A stretch of DNA of 64,000 nucleotides from an uncultured Acidobacteriota bacterium (GTDB lineage: Bacteria; Acidobacteriota; Terriglobia; UBA7540). The position numbers and the translations under genes were made by a program. Where the stretch lies: contig CAWDSK010000006.1 of NCBI GenBank assembly GCA_963804995.1, positions 864,001-928,000 of the forward strand, read 5' to 3'. Shown here in pieces: positions 32,204 to 43,690 of this stretch; the stretch's first letter is position 1; each line of letters starts with the position of its first letter. Under the pieces are notes generated by a model. That model was not told the origin of the DNA. It saw nothing but the letters and a program-made list of their open reading frames with translations, and did not search any database.

Positions 32204-33880
32204 ATGAATCTTTCTCTCGCTCGACAAATCGTTATGGCGGTCCTGGCCGCCACCCTGCTCTGGGCGAATCTGCGTACGCCTGCCCAGGGACCGGCGCCAA
32301 AGCCTCTCCCGCCCGCATCGCGCGTGACCTACGAGGACGTCACGGCGAAATCCGGCATTAACTTCCAGCATTCCTTCGGCGAGCAAAAGCTCAGTTCCAT
32401 CATGGAGGCCACCGGTTCCGGCTGTGCCTGGATCGACTACAACAACGACGGGCTGCTGGATCTTTACGTCGTGAGCGGTCGCTACCTGGATGGGGTCACC
32501 AAGTTTTCGAAGCCCCAGGGCATGGACGCAACGAACCATCTCTACCGCAACAACGGCGACGGCACGTTTACAGACGTCACGGCGCAGGCCGGTGTGGGCG
32601 GCAAAGGCTTCGGCATGGGCGTCACCGTCGGCGACTACGACAACGATGGCTACGAAGACATCTTTGTGACCAACTGGAATTCCTCGATTCTTTACCACAA
32701 CAACGGCAATGGAACCTTTACCGACGTCACCGCCAAGGCCGGAGTTGAGAACCCTCACTTTGGCACGGGCGCGGCATGGGTGGACTACGACCGCGACGGC
32801 AAGCTCGATCTCTTCGTAGGCAACTACCTGAAGTTTGACCCCAATGCCAAGCGCGAGTACTTCACCGCAGAGGCTTTCCCCGGCCCACTCGATTACGAGG
32901 GCACCGCCAATCGACTCTTCCACAACAATGGCGACGGCACGTTTACGGATGTCTCGCACCAGGCGGGCATTGACAACCCTCTGGGCCGCGCCATGGGACT
33001 GACCGTGGGTGATTACGACAACGACGGCTGGCCCGACATCTATATCGCCAACGACACGATGGAAAGCTACCTGTACCACAACAATCACGACGGCACGTTC
33101 ACCAATGTCGCGCCGGACGTGAACACCGCTTTCGGGGCCAATGGCGAAGCGACCTCCGCCATGAATCCCATCTTTGGAGATTACGACAACGACGGCTGGC
33201 AGGATCTGTTTGTCTCCGACATGCGCTACCACCGGTTGTTTCACAACCCCGGCGACAAGGGTTTTTGGCTCGACACAACGGTTGAGACGGGTGTGGCGGC
33301 GGTTTCCGGCCAATACGTGGCCTGGGGCGATGGCTTCTTCGATTTCGATAACGACGGCTGGAAAGACATCTTCATTGTGAATGGCGGCCTGCACTGGCTG
33401 ATCCCCATGGAGGATTCCCTCCTCCGCAATAACGGTGATTCAACGTTCACGGATGTGTCATCCCAAGCGGGCGACTATTTCAAGACGAAGAAAGTCGGCC
33501 GCGGCGCTTGCTTCGCAGATTACGACAACGACGGCTACATGGATGCCTTCATTGTGGTGCTGGGCGGCAAAGGTATTCTGCTGCATGCCAAGCCCCCCGT
33601 GTCAGGCCCGCGCAATCATTGGCTAACCATCAAGTTAGTGGGCACCAAGAGCAATCGCGATGGATTCGGCGCGCGCTTGGAAGCTATCGCCGGCGACTTG
33701 CACCAGTATGTTGAGGCGGTTTCTGAGAATGGCTATCTCTCCCAAGGCGACCCGCGCCCGCACTTCGGCCTGGCGCAGCACACAGAAGTCGACAAGCTCA
33801 TTATTCATTGGCCCAGCGGAACCAACCAAGTGCTCGAGCACGTTAAGGCGGACCAGATTTTGACAGTCAAGGAACAGTGA
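32204..33880 (+). CDS. CRTAC1/ASPIC-UnbV FG-GAP protein
   Basis: DYDNDG repeats, HFGL and IHWPSG motifs; signal peptide. Confidence 0.92.
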   Translation: MNLSLARQIVMAVLAATLLWANLRTPAQGPAPKPLPPASRVTYEDVTAKSGINFQHSFGEQKLSSIMEATGSGCAWIDYNNDGLLDLYVVSGRYLDGVTKFSKPQGMDATNHLYRNNGDGTFTDVTAQAGVGGKGFGMGVTVGDYDNDGYEDIFVTNWNSSILYHNNGNGTFTDVTAKAGVENPHFGTGAAWVDYDRDGKLDLFVGNYLKFDPNAKREYFTAEAFPGPLDYEGTANRLFHNNGDGTFTDVSHQAGIDNPLGRAMGLTVGDYDNDGWPDIYIANDTMESYLYHNNHDGTFTNVAPDVNTAFGANGEATSAMNPIFGDYDNDGWQDLFVSDMRYHRLFHNPGDKGFWLDTTVETGVAAVSGQYVAWGDGFFDFDNDGWKDIFIVNGGLHWLIPMEDSLLRNNGDSTFTDVSSQAGDYFKTKKVGRGACFADYDNDGYMDAFIVVLGGKGILLHAKPPVSGPRNHWLTIKLVGTKSNRDGFGARLEAIAGDLHQYVEAVSENGYLSQGDPRPHFGLAQHTEVDKLIIHWPSGTNQVLEHVKADQILTVKEQ

Positions 33881-33968
33881 CGCATTTCGAGCAAAGAGCA
33901 AGGCAAAAGGCAAAGCGCAAAAGTCAAAAGGCAAAGCCGGAAGAGCGAATTAGAAGTCAAAGGCAACG

Positions 33969-36007
33969 GTGGAGAGGGCAAAACCGGTGATTAGCGTTAG
34001 CGCCCCACAGTTACGCAGGATGTCCCCGAAGCGGTATTGGGGGAACAACTTTTGCCTTTTGACTTTTGCGCTTTGCCATTTGACTTGCTTTCTGCCGTTG
34101 GCCGCCCCTCTCAATACACAGACGGCTGTCGCCGCCGAGCCCGAGTACCTCACACCCGGCGATATCAAACTCTCCGCGGACGGGAAGAAACTCTTCATCG
34201 CCTGCGAGGGCAATGATTCTGTGATCGCCCTCAACACGCAGACGAAAAAGGTTGCGTCGCGCGCCAAGGTCGGCCACAGGCCCCGAGGCATCGCCCTCTC
34301 TCCGGACGGCAAGACCCTCTACGTCTCAAACTCTTGGAGCGACACGGTCAGCGAAGTCGATGCCGCGACCTTCGAGGTTAAGCGCACGCTCAAAACCGGC
34401 TGGGGGCCGGTGGGCTTGACCACAGATCGCTCCGGCAAAACGCTCTACGTCGCCAACAGCATCGGGGATAGCGTCTCACTGCTTGACCTCGCCACCGGGA
34501 CTGAAATCAAGCGCTTCACCACTCATCGCTATCCTGAGCAGGTGGCGCTTTCGCGCGACGGCCGCCGTGTCTACGTTTCGAACATCTTGCCTCTGCTCGG
34601 ACCTTACGATCAGCCGCCGGTATCGGAATTACTGGTGCTCAACGCCACCAAGCAAGTGGTCGCTGAGCGCATTTTGATTCCCGGGGTGATCGAATTGCGT
34701 CACATCGCGGAAGCGCCGGCCCGGCTGGGTGGATATTTGCTGGTTCCCTTTCTGCGGCCGAAGAATCTTGGGCCGCTAGTCCAGGTGAGCCAGGGATGGA
34801 CGCTGACGCACGGGATGGCCGTGGTACGCCCCGCCTTGCGTGAAACTGTGGGTGAAGCAAGATCGAAGGTGACGGAAGTTCTGCTCGACAACATTGATTA
34901 TTACTTTGCCGGAAATGACGGCGTCGCCTTCACCCCGGACGGCCGCCGCGCAGTTGTTACTTCCGCGGAGGCCAACGTCGTATCAATCCTTGATACCGCT
35001 AAACTCGCCGAGCGCCTGCGGCAGGTCCCTGCGGAGGAACTCCCGGACCGCCTCAACTCCGCCGCCACCTTTGTCACCGCGCGTCTGGCAACGGGCCACA
35101 ATCCAGGCGCGGTCGTGGTCTCACCCGACAGCCGCTGGGCTTACGTCGCCAATCGACTGGACGATTCCATGACTGTCATCGATCTCGAATCGACTGTAGC
35201 GGCGGTCTCCGACCGCCGAAACGTCGATCGGAGATCAACGCTACAGCCGGCCGGTCGGAGATCGGCGCTACAGACCCTTGACCTTGGCGGGCCGAAGGTA
35301 ATCACACCGATGCGGCGGGGCGAGCAGTTGTTCCATGCGGCGAAGTATTGCTTCCAGGGCCAGTTCGCGTGTGGGACCTGCCACCCCAATTCTCACCTGG
35401 ATGGTTTGGCATGGAACCTGGAAACGCCGCAACTTGGGCGCGACCGTGTGGCCAACCGCACGCTACGGGGGATTCGCGAACGGCGCCCTACAAGTGGAAT
35501 GGCCACAATCCGGACCTCGCCACGCAGTGTGGTCCCCGCATCGCCAAGTTCCTTTTCCGTTCGGAGGGCTTCAACGCTCAGGAATTGGAGGCTCTGCTTA
35601 CCTACATCAACGACATTCCGCTCGCACCCAACCGCCATCTCGCGCCCGACGGGCAGTTGACCGAATCCCAGGAGCGCGGCAAGACCATTTTCTATCGCGA
35701 ATACACGAACCAGGGGGGCGCGATTCCCGTCCAGAATCGTTGCTACACCTGCCACCCGGCGGAGACGCACTACACCAATCGCATCAGTACGCAGGTGGGC
35801 TCCGCCACCCGGTACGACACCAGCGGATTGTTCGACACCCCGCAGCTTGATCGCGTCTACGAAGACGCGCCGTACCTGCATAACGGCGAGGCGCTGACGC
35901 TCGAAGAAATCTGGACGGTGTTCAACAACCAGGACACGCACGGGATTACGTCGGACATGAGCAAGGAGCAGTTGAATGACCTTATTGAGTTCTTGAAGAC
36001 GCTTTAG
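33969..36007 (+). CDS. YVTN beta-propeller fused to a diheme cytochrome c (peroxidase-like) domain, frameshift near 35480
   Basis: LYVSN/LYVAN repeats, CGTCH, TAPYKWNG, CYTCH and APYLHNG. Confidence 0.85.
35195..35272. repeat. GTAG-type REP cluster inserted in frame
   Basis: TGTAGCGGCGGTCTCCGACCGCCG plus two inverted ...CGGAGATCRRCGCTACA copies. Confidence 0.75.
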
Positions 36008-36174
36008 CCATTGGTGATTGGTGATTGGTGATTTGCGATTTTAGTTGATCTTTTGTAGCACTGAACTTTAGTTCAGCCCTTAAAGACATTGTAGAGACGG
36101 CGAAGAACAAGGCAAAAGGCATCGCTGGACGAGCAAAGTGCAAGGCAAAAGGCAAAAGTAAGGGACGGACGGCA

Positions 36175-37440
36175 ATGATTCATACTGATTTTGGATTCCC
36201 GCATCGGGAGAAACAAATCAAAAGCCAAGGCCAGGACAAACACTGCCAGGCTCGGGGGAAGCGGTTTTCGGGTTTCTACTTTTGCCTTTTGCCTTTTGCC
36301 TTATGCCTTTTGACTTGTTCTTCCTCCTTTGCCGCTCCGCGTCCAACCCTTATCACCCGCTGGGAAAACTTCACCACCAAAAGCGGCATGCCCGACGCCA
36401 AGGTCTTCTGCGTGACCGTAGACGGCAGCCGCGTATGGGCGGGCACTGAAGACGGGCTGGCGCTCATCGAGAACGGCAAGGTCGCGAAAGTATACAAGCC
36501 CGCGGATGGCCTCGCGCACCGCGTCGTGATGGGCATTGCTGTGGACAAGAACACGGGCGACCTATGGATCGCGACGTTCGGCGGGGTCAGCCACTTCTCC
36601 GGCGGCCGTTTTGAGAATTTCAAAAATCTGACCAGCGGCCTGCTGAACGATATCTGTTACGGGATTGCCGTGCAGGACAAATTCGTTTGGGTGGCGACCA
36701 CGGCGGGCATCAGCCGCTATAACACGTACACGGGCGAGTGGAACAACTGGAGCGAAAAGAATGCGCCGTTCCACGAACCGTGGACTTACGGGATAGTCAT
36801 CGCCCCGGAGCTCGGCAAAGTGTACTTCGCTATGTGGGGCGCCGGCCTGATTGAATACGACAACCAACAGGGCTACATGAAGGCCTACACTGACCCCGAC
36901 GAGGAAATGGAAATCGTGCTGTTCAAAAATCAGGGCCTCGTCCACGTCATCGTCTCGAACGTCGCCTACGACCCCGACACCAGGATGGTCTGGGCTTCCA
37001 CCTATTTCGGCCTCAGCGGTTATGACGGCCGCGACTGGCACAACTATCTGACCAAGGACAGCGGCCTGGCCTCAGATTTTATCAACGCTCCCAAATCGCG
37101 CCGCAACCAAGTATGGGCCTGCACGGATAAAGGGCTTAGCCGGCTCGATTACGCCACCAACACCTGGGTCACCTATCGGCCCAGCAAACAGAAGGGCCAG
37201 GGCGAAATTGAAATCACCTGGCCGGACGGCAAGAAACAATTTCTATCCACACCCACAACCCTCGCGCACAACTACATCCTGAATATGGATTTTCAGGGTG
37301 AAGACATTTGGGTGGCTACAGCCCAAGGGCTGAGTCACGGAATTCGCGAACCTCAAAAGGAGTCTCAACTTTATGCCAATCCCGGAAACCATCACAACAC
37401 CGGAAACGTCGGATCAGGTCATCTCCAAAAAGGCGATTAG
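36175..37440 (+). CDS. Exported beta-propeller protein (two-component regulator propeller-like repeats)
   Basis: VWAGT, LWIAT, VWVAT and IWVAT repeats. Confidence 0.8.
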   Translation: MIHTDFGFPHREKQIKSQGQDKHCQARGKRFSGFYFCLLPFALCLLTCSSSFAAPRPTLITRWENFTTKSGMPDAKVFCVTVDGSRVWAGTEDGLALIENGKVAKVYKPADGLAHRVVMGIAVDKNTGDLWIATFGGVSHFSGGRFENFKNLTSGLLNDICYGIAVQDKFVWVATTAGISRYNTYTGEWNNWSEKNAPFHEPWTYGIVIAPELGKVYFAMWGAGLIEYDNQQGYMKAYTDPDEEMEIVLFKNQGLVHVIVSNVAYDPDTRMVWASTYFGLSGYDGRDWHNYLTKDSGLASDFINAPKSRRNQVWACTDKGLSRLDYATNTWVTYRPSKQKGQGEIEITWPDGKKQFLSTPTTLAHNYILNMDFQGEDIWVATAQGLSHGIREPQKESQLYANPGNHHNTGNVGSGHLQKGD

Positions 37441-37897
37441 CGCCCCCGAGGTCCTGAACGAAGCCTTTCATTACCCCAAACCCTCGTCCTTCTCGCGCGG
37501 TCTGCGCCTGGATATCAAGGGCATCACCATCCTGCTGATCTCCGGCACTGCCAGCGTCGATGAGTACGGCAGAAGCATCCACGTAGGGGATTTCCGCGCC
37601 CAGACCTGGCGGACCTACCACAACATCACGAAGTTGCTGGAAGCCGAGGGCGCCACTTGGAAGGATATAATCAGGACCACCTGCTATCTGCGCGATATCG
37701 AGCGCGACTACGAAGTATTCAACGAGGTTCGGACGCACTTCTTCGAGGAGCAGGGACTCAACCCGCTGCCCGCCTCCACCGGCATCCAAGCCATTCTCTG
37801 CCGCCCCGACCTGCTGGTTGAGATTGAGGCCATGGCAATCTTCGACAGCGACCGCGGCACCGGCAAGGACGGCGGAGAACGAAAGGTCGCGGCGTGA
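37373..37897 (+). CDS. RidA/YjgF family protein
   Basis: ISGTAS, FNEVR, PAST and LLVEIEA motifs. Confidence 0.88.
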   Translation: MPIPETITTPETSDQVISKKAISAPEVLNEAFHYPKPSSFSRGLRLDIKGITILLISGTASVDEYGRSIHVGDFRAQTWRTYHNITKLLEAEGATWKDIIRTTCYLRDIERDYEVFNEVRTHFFEEQGLNPLPASTGIQAILCRPDLLVEIEAMAIFDSDRGTGKDGGERKVAA

Positions 37898-37973
37898 GAA
37901 GAGCAGTGGCTAGTGGTTAGTGGTCAGTGGCTAGTGGCAAGTAGTTAGTTTGTGCTTTTGAGAGACAAAAAAT

Positions 37974-40575
37974 ATGCACCACCAAGACACCAAGACACAA
38001 AGAAAGCAAGGGACCTGGCGCTGGGCAGACAAGAAACTCAAAAGGCCAAATTCGCGACTTTTGCCTTTTGCCTTTTGCAATTTGCCTTTTGACTTCGCTC
38101 TGACCACCTGCCTACTGCCCACTGCCTACTGCCTGCTTTGTGCCTTGGTGGGAATCCTGCTGGCGCTGCCCCTCCGCGCCCAGTCCGCTGACCCGGGCCA
38201 GGCCAAGCCTGCCTCCCCGCCCGTTCGAGCGGTACGCCAACATGCCGGATGAAGCGATCCCTTACCGCCGTTTCACCAAGCCCTACTACGACTGGTTCGT
38301 GCGCGATGATACCATCCAGTACCACGGCGCGGCGGACCTGCGCCCGGACGGCGATCCTGCGAAGCTGCAGGAAATCGCCATCGGATTTCTTTCCCCGGTC
38401 GAGAACAACCCCGAATCCATCTATGGCATTCCCGCCCTGCACGGCGCGCAACTAGCCATTGAGCAAGCGAACGCCGCGGGGGGATACAAGGGAAAACCTT
38501 TCGCGCTCAAGGTCCATAACGAGTCGGCGCTCTGGGGCGCTTCCTCCTCTGAGCTTGTCAAGATGCTCTTTGATGAAAACTGCTGGGCCATGGCGGGGTG
38601 TATCGACGGCCAGAACTGCCACATCGCGCTGCGCGTGACGCTGAAGTTGGAACTCCCCATCCTGGACACCGGCACGACCGACCGCACCGTCACCGAGACG
38701 CGTATCCAGTGGTTGCTGCATAACTTTCCGGATGATCGCCAGCAAGGCTATACGCTGGCCGACTACGTTTTTAAGACCCTCAAGTTGAAGCGCCTGGGCG
38801 TGTTGCGCACCCAGACGCGCTACGCCCGCATCGGCGTCGGAGAGTTCAACGACGAGGCGCGGCGGCTGGGGCATCAGCCGGTCTTGGAGGTAAAGTTTGA
38901 GCGGGGTGACCAGGATTTTTCAAACCAGCTCCGCATGCTGCGCGACGCGAAGGTTGAAGGTGTGATCATTTGGGCTGAGGCCGAGGATGGCGGCCACATC
39001 CTGAAACAGATGCGCGCCCTGGGCATGAACCAACCGGTCTTTGGGGGCAGCCGCCTGGCGTATCCGCAGTTGCTCGAGATTGCCGGACCCGCCGCGGAGG
39101 GTGTGGTCGTCACTTCGGCGCTAGACCCAACTCGCACGGACCCCAAGTGGCTGGCCTTTCGCGATGCTTACGTCCAGAAATTCCACGCAGAACCTATCGA
39201 CTATGCCGCTTATGCCTACGACGGCATCAACATTCTGATTGCAGCGATCGAGAAGACCGGCCTCAACCGCGGGCGCATCATGGATGTGCTGCGCGAGTAC
39301 GAGATGAAAACTTACGAGGGCGTTACCGGCACTGATTTCTTTGACTATACGCTCAACAACCTTGCGCCCGTCACCCTGGCCCGCGTTAAAGACGGCAAGT
39401 TTGAATATTGGCGCGCGCCGCGCCAGCGTGGCCACGAAGGCCCCGTCTCGGCCCTTACACCTGCGCCTTCCGCCCCTGTGCCGTACGCGGCCATCAATCG
39501 TGACGCGGTCAATTACCACGGGCCTGGACGCGATTCCAGCCACGATCTGAACGGCACAGAGATTCGCATCGGATTACTCGCGCCACTCGCCGGCCCACGC
39601 CAGGCTGAGGGCGAGGATTTGCGCCGCGCTGCGCAGATGGCGATCGATGAAGAGAATACCACTTCCCTACCCGGCGGCCGCCGGCTGACATTGACCACGC
39701 GCGATGAGAGTGGGCCGTGGGGGCAGGCCAGCACGGAAATCGTCCACTTGGTCTCCGACGATCAGGCCATGGCGCTCATCACCTCCGCTGAGGGCGTCTC
39801 CGCGCACCTGGCGGAACAAGTTGCGAACAAAGTCGGCGTGCCCATCCTCACGCTTTCCTCCGACCCAACGACGACTGAAATCAACTTGCCCTGGCTCTTC
39901 CGTCTGGGACCAACCGACGCCGCGCAGGCGCAGGCCTTTGTGCGCGATATCTATGGCAAGCGGGGATTCCAGCGCGTCGTGCTGGTAACCGAAGACAACC
40001 ACGACGGCCGCATTGGTGGCGAGGAATTTGAGCGAGCCGCGCGGGAAATGAATGCGCCCGCACCCACGCGAATCAGCATTGCGCCCGAGAAACTGCTGCT
40101 GGACGGATTGGTTAGGGAACTTCAGGGCGTGCAGGCTGTGGTCATTTGGGCAGATGCAGGGACAGCGAACCAGCTTGTCGAGCCAGTGCGCGCAACGTTG
40201 CCCTCTGTGCAACTCTACCTTTGTCGCAAGGCGGTGCGACGCGAGTCGGGCAACCCGCACGCCCCCCCCTGCGCGACGTGCGGTGGTGATAAGGCAGGAA
40301 CCTGGACCGCGAGTACGCCCCAGAATCAAGCAGCCTATTGGGCCTTCGAGCAGCGCTACTATCAGCGCTATGCCGTCGAGCCCGGCGTCGGTGCGGCACA
40401 GGCCTATGACGCGGTGCGGCTGCTGGCCGCCTCACTCCGTCAATCAGGTCCCAATCGCACGCGCCTCCGTGACGCTTTGGCCGGAGTTTCCGGCTACGCG
40501 GGCGCTTCAGGAATTATCTCCTTCGATCATGCCGGCAACGACCTTACAGCCGTTGCCTTGACCCGCCTTCCCTGA
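37974..40575 (+). CDS. Tandem (double) Leu/Ile/Val-type periplasmic binding protein, frameshift near 38220
   Basis: Two IG...P...AQ.AI domains with AYAYDG/AQAYDA and GVTG/GASG. The signal peptide is in the 37974 frame. Confidence 0.82.
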
Positions 40576-40593
40576 GAATACCGATGTGGGTAT

Positions 40594-41901
40594 TTATAGT
40601 TCCGGCAATACCTTGCCGCGGGTTTCTTCCGCAAAGGGAAGGAGCAGCAATCCGATTCCGAAGGCCACCGCAGTAAATGCCACGGGTTTTCCGAGCGTCC
40701 CCATGTTATGAACCAGCGCCCCCAGCAGGAAGTTAACTCCGGCGCCGATGAAGCGTCCGAAGGAAGTCGCAAATGCGAAGGCGGTCGCCCGGACCGACGT
40801 GCCGTACTGCTCAGGTAACCAAAGACTGAACACGGCGAAATTGCCGCCAAAGAAACCCAGGAAGAACAACGCGGCGATAAAAGGATAGAGCCCGTGCGGC
40901 AGATAAAAGGCCCACCCGAAGCTGAGCAGAATACACGCGCCCATTCCCAGGAAGTAGATACCTAGTGTCGGCCGCCGACCCAGGCGCTCGGCTAAAGGTG
41001 GAACCAACAAACAGCCCAGTATCGTGCCGACGGAAAGCAGAGCGCTGCCCATCGATACCATCCGCGCCGCCTGGAGCGCTGTCATGCCCGCCTTGGTTGC
41101 GAGCGCGACAATGGCCGTCGGCTCGTAAACGGCGCCCGCCCAGAGACCGATGATCGCGACCGTAAGCAGGGCGGTATTGACCAGGGTACGCTGGCGATAT
41201 CGCCCACTGAAAATCATGCGGATCGGAGAATGCGCCGGAGTTCCCTGTGCGTGCGAGGTGCGTTGCCAACGCTCCGGTTCCTTAACGTGCCGCAGGATGA
41301 AGAGGGCCAGAATCACCGGCGCCAGGCCGCACCAGAACATGGCCCGCCACCCGTAACGCGCGCCGACGGTGAAGTTGAGGGCGGAAGCGAGGAAGAACCC
41401 CGCGTAGTATCCAGTTTGCAAATAGCCCGCACCCATTTTCCGCCGGTCCTCCGGCCACGCTTCCGCAACGTAGGTGCCCGCCAGGGCCCATTCGCCGCCG
41501 ATGCCAATACCTGCCAACAGGCGGAACAACGCAAGTTGCCACACGGTTTGCGACAAGGCTGCAACGCCGGTGAACACCGAATAAACAATGATGGTGCCCG
41601 CGAGCACAGGTGTGCGTCCAAAACGGTCGGCCAGCGGTCCCCAGATAAAAGACAGTCCCCAACCCACCAGGAAGAGGGCGAACAATATGGAGCCTGCAAG
41701 GCCCACGTTGCCCGGAGTGTTTGCTATGCCCGACTTGGGAAGAAGTTCGGTGAGCGCCGGGCTGAGGACTAGGGCGTAAATGAACGAACCCATGCCGTCC
41801 AGCGTCCACCCGGCCCAAGCGGCCCAGAAACCCAGGATCTGCTGCCGGTTTAGAGGAGTCGAGCGCGTAATCTTCGGGGGAGCTGTCGATTGTTCAGCCA
41901 A
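40594..41901 (-). CDS. MFS transporter
   Basis: GPLADRFGR and GIGGEW motifs; many hydrophobic segments. Confidence 0.92.
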   Translation of the reverse strand: MAEQSTAPPKITRSTPLNRQQILGFWAAWAGWTLDGMGSFIYALVLSPALTELLPKSGIANTPGNVGLAGSILFALFLVGWGLSFIWGPLADRFGRTPVLAGTIIVYSVFTGVAALSQTVWQLALFRLLAGIGIGGEWALAGTYVAEAWPEDRRKMGAGYLQTGYYAGFFLASALNFTVGARYGWRAMFWCGLAPVILALFILRHVKEPERWQRTSHAQGTPAHSPIRMIFSGRYRQRTLVNTALLTVAIIGLWAGAVYEPTAIVALATKAGMTALQAARMVSMGSALLSVGTILGCLLVPPLAERLGRRPTLGIYFLGMGACILLSFGWAFYLPHGLYPFIAALFFLGFFGGNFAVFSLWLPEQYGTSVRATAFAFATSFGRFIGAGVNFLLGALVHNMGTLGKPVAFTAVAFGIGLLLLPFAEETRGKVLPEL

Positions 41902-41983
41902 AGCAATTCTCCTCGACTGGTAACGCCATGTTCGCAGGCCCAGCGGCTATGAGATCGCATTTCCAATCCCCTCGTCCGGATCA

Positions 41984-43534
41984 TCAGGACGCGCCGCTTT
42001 CCTCCCCTTTCGCCATGCGTTCCTTCCACATTGGAAGATAGCTTTCGCGTAGCACGTTCTTCTGCACTTTGCCCATGGTGTTGCGGGGCAACTCCTTTGC
42101 GATGGCAACCAATTTCGGAACTTTGTAATTCGCCAGGCTACGGCGCAAGCAGGATCTGATGGCTTCCGGGTCCACGGTCGAACCCGAGCGAGGCACGACA
42201 ATCGCCATCACAGCCTCGCCAAAGTCAGGATGAGGCATGCCGACCACCGCCGATTCCTCGACGCCCTCGAGACAGTTCAGGCAATCCTCAACTTCCTTCG
42301 GATAGACGTTATACCCTCCAGAGATAATCAAGTCCTTGGAACGGCCCACGATGGTTATATATCCCTGGTCATCCACGAGCCCCAAATCGCCAGTGCGGAA
42401 GAATCCATCAGGGGTAAAGCAAGCGTCGTACATCTCCGGCCGCCGCCAGTAGCCCACAAAGACGTTCGGACCTCGAACCTGGATTTCACCCACCGTGCCG
42501 GGCGCCAGCGCATGATCATCTGTGCCCGCGATGCGCACCTCAACTCCGGGAAGCGGCAAGCCGATGGAGCCGGCGCGACGCTCTCCCACGAGCGGGTTGC
42601 TGACGTTCATGTTGGTTTCAGTCAGGCCGTAGCGTTCCAGGATGCGGTGCCCGGTTCGCCGCTCGAATTGCTCGAAGGTGTCGGGCAGCAGCGGGGCCGA
42701 GCCCGATGTGAACAGACGCATTCCTCGGCAGTCTTCCCGGCCGAAATCGGGCAGCGCCAGGAGGCGCGTGTAATACGTGGGGACGCCCATGAACACCGTC
42801 ACCCGCGGCAGCAGCGAGCAGACCTGGGCGGCGTCGAAGCGCGGCAGAAAAAGCACACGCGCACGGCTTAGCAGAGCGCAATGCAAGGCCACGAACAATC
42901 CGTGAACATGGAAAATTGGCAGGGCGTGCAACAGCACATCGCGATCGGTAAAACCCCACGCTTCGACCAGCGTTTCGGCATTAGAGGAAAGGTTGCGCTG
43001 GGTCAGCATCACACCCTTGGGCTTCCCCGTGGTTCCCGAGCTATAGAGCATCGGTGCAAGGTTATCTCCCGACCTCGGCGCAGTCTCGAAGGCCGGGGGC
43101 GTGGCGCGGCATTTTTCGATTAGGTCTCCCTCCCCCTCAGGACCGAGAGTGAAGAGGTTCGGAATATCGTGCATGCGACTTAAATCTGCCATTTCCTTGT
43201 GCCGCTCGGGTGTACAGACCATCGCCCTCGGTTGGGCATCGCCCAGGAAATAATCCATCTCCTCACAGGTATAGGAAGTGTTTAGTGGGAGATAAACAGC
43301 CCCGGCGCGCAGGCAGGCAAGATAGAGGAAGACAGCCTGAGGAGATTTCTCCACTTGGACGGCGACACGATCTCCCGGTGCAATCCCGCATACGGCGAGT
43401 AGGTTTGCGAGACGAGCGGAGTGCTCATCGAGATCACCATACGTGAAGCTCTGCCCCGCCGGCGTTTCAATGCAAACGCGCGCGCGGTCGGTGGAGGTTC
43501 CACCCGCAAGGATGTCATACAGGTTCTGTCCCAT
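41984..43534 (-). CDS. matB: Malonyl-CoA synthetase (MatB-like acyl-CoA ligase)
   Basis: YSSGTTGKPKG, HVHGLF, ERYG.TE and MGKVQKN motifs. Confidence 0.85.
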   Translation of the reverse strand: MGQNLYDILAGGTSTDRARVCIETPAGQSFTYGDLDEHSARLANLLAVCGIAPGDRVAVQVEKSPQAVFLYLACLRAGAVYLPLNTSYTCEEMDYFLGDAQPRAMVCTPERHKEMADLSRMHDIPNLFTLGPEGEGDLIEKCRATPPAFETAPRSGDNLAPMLYSSGTTGKPKGVMLTQRNLSSNAETLVEAWGFTDRDVLLHALPIFHVHGLFVALHCALLSRARVLFLPRFDAAQVCSLLPRVTVFMGVPTYYTRLLALPDFGREDCRGMRLFTSGSAPLLPDTFEQFERRTGHRILERYGLTETNMNVSNPLVGERRAGSIGLPLPGVEVRIAGTDDHALAPGTVGEIQVRGPNVFVGYWRRPEMYDACFTPDGFFRTGDLGLVDDQGYITIVGRSKDLIISGGYNVYPKEVEDCLNCLEGVEESAVVGMPHPDFGEAVMAIVVPRSGSTVDPEAIRSCLRRSLANYKVPKLVAIAKELPRNTMGKVQKNVLRESYLPMWKERMAKGEESGAS

Positions 43535-43690
43535 GACGTTTGTTTCAGGTGCAACGCCTTCGGTGCAAGTGGCTGATCTTCCCCCAGCCTAAATCTAAAT
43601 TCAAGCTTCGTTCCCGATCCTTGCTCATGACTGGAGGGTAAATCGACTCGCGCGGTCGCCTGGAATGATTCAACCCCCAAAAGCCCGTGC

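Noticed and set aside
30271..36007. True anammox hydrazine synthase
   Set aside because: Only one CxxCH is seen in the alpha-like protein, which is short, and there are no other anammox genes here.
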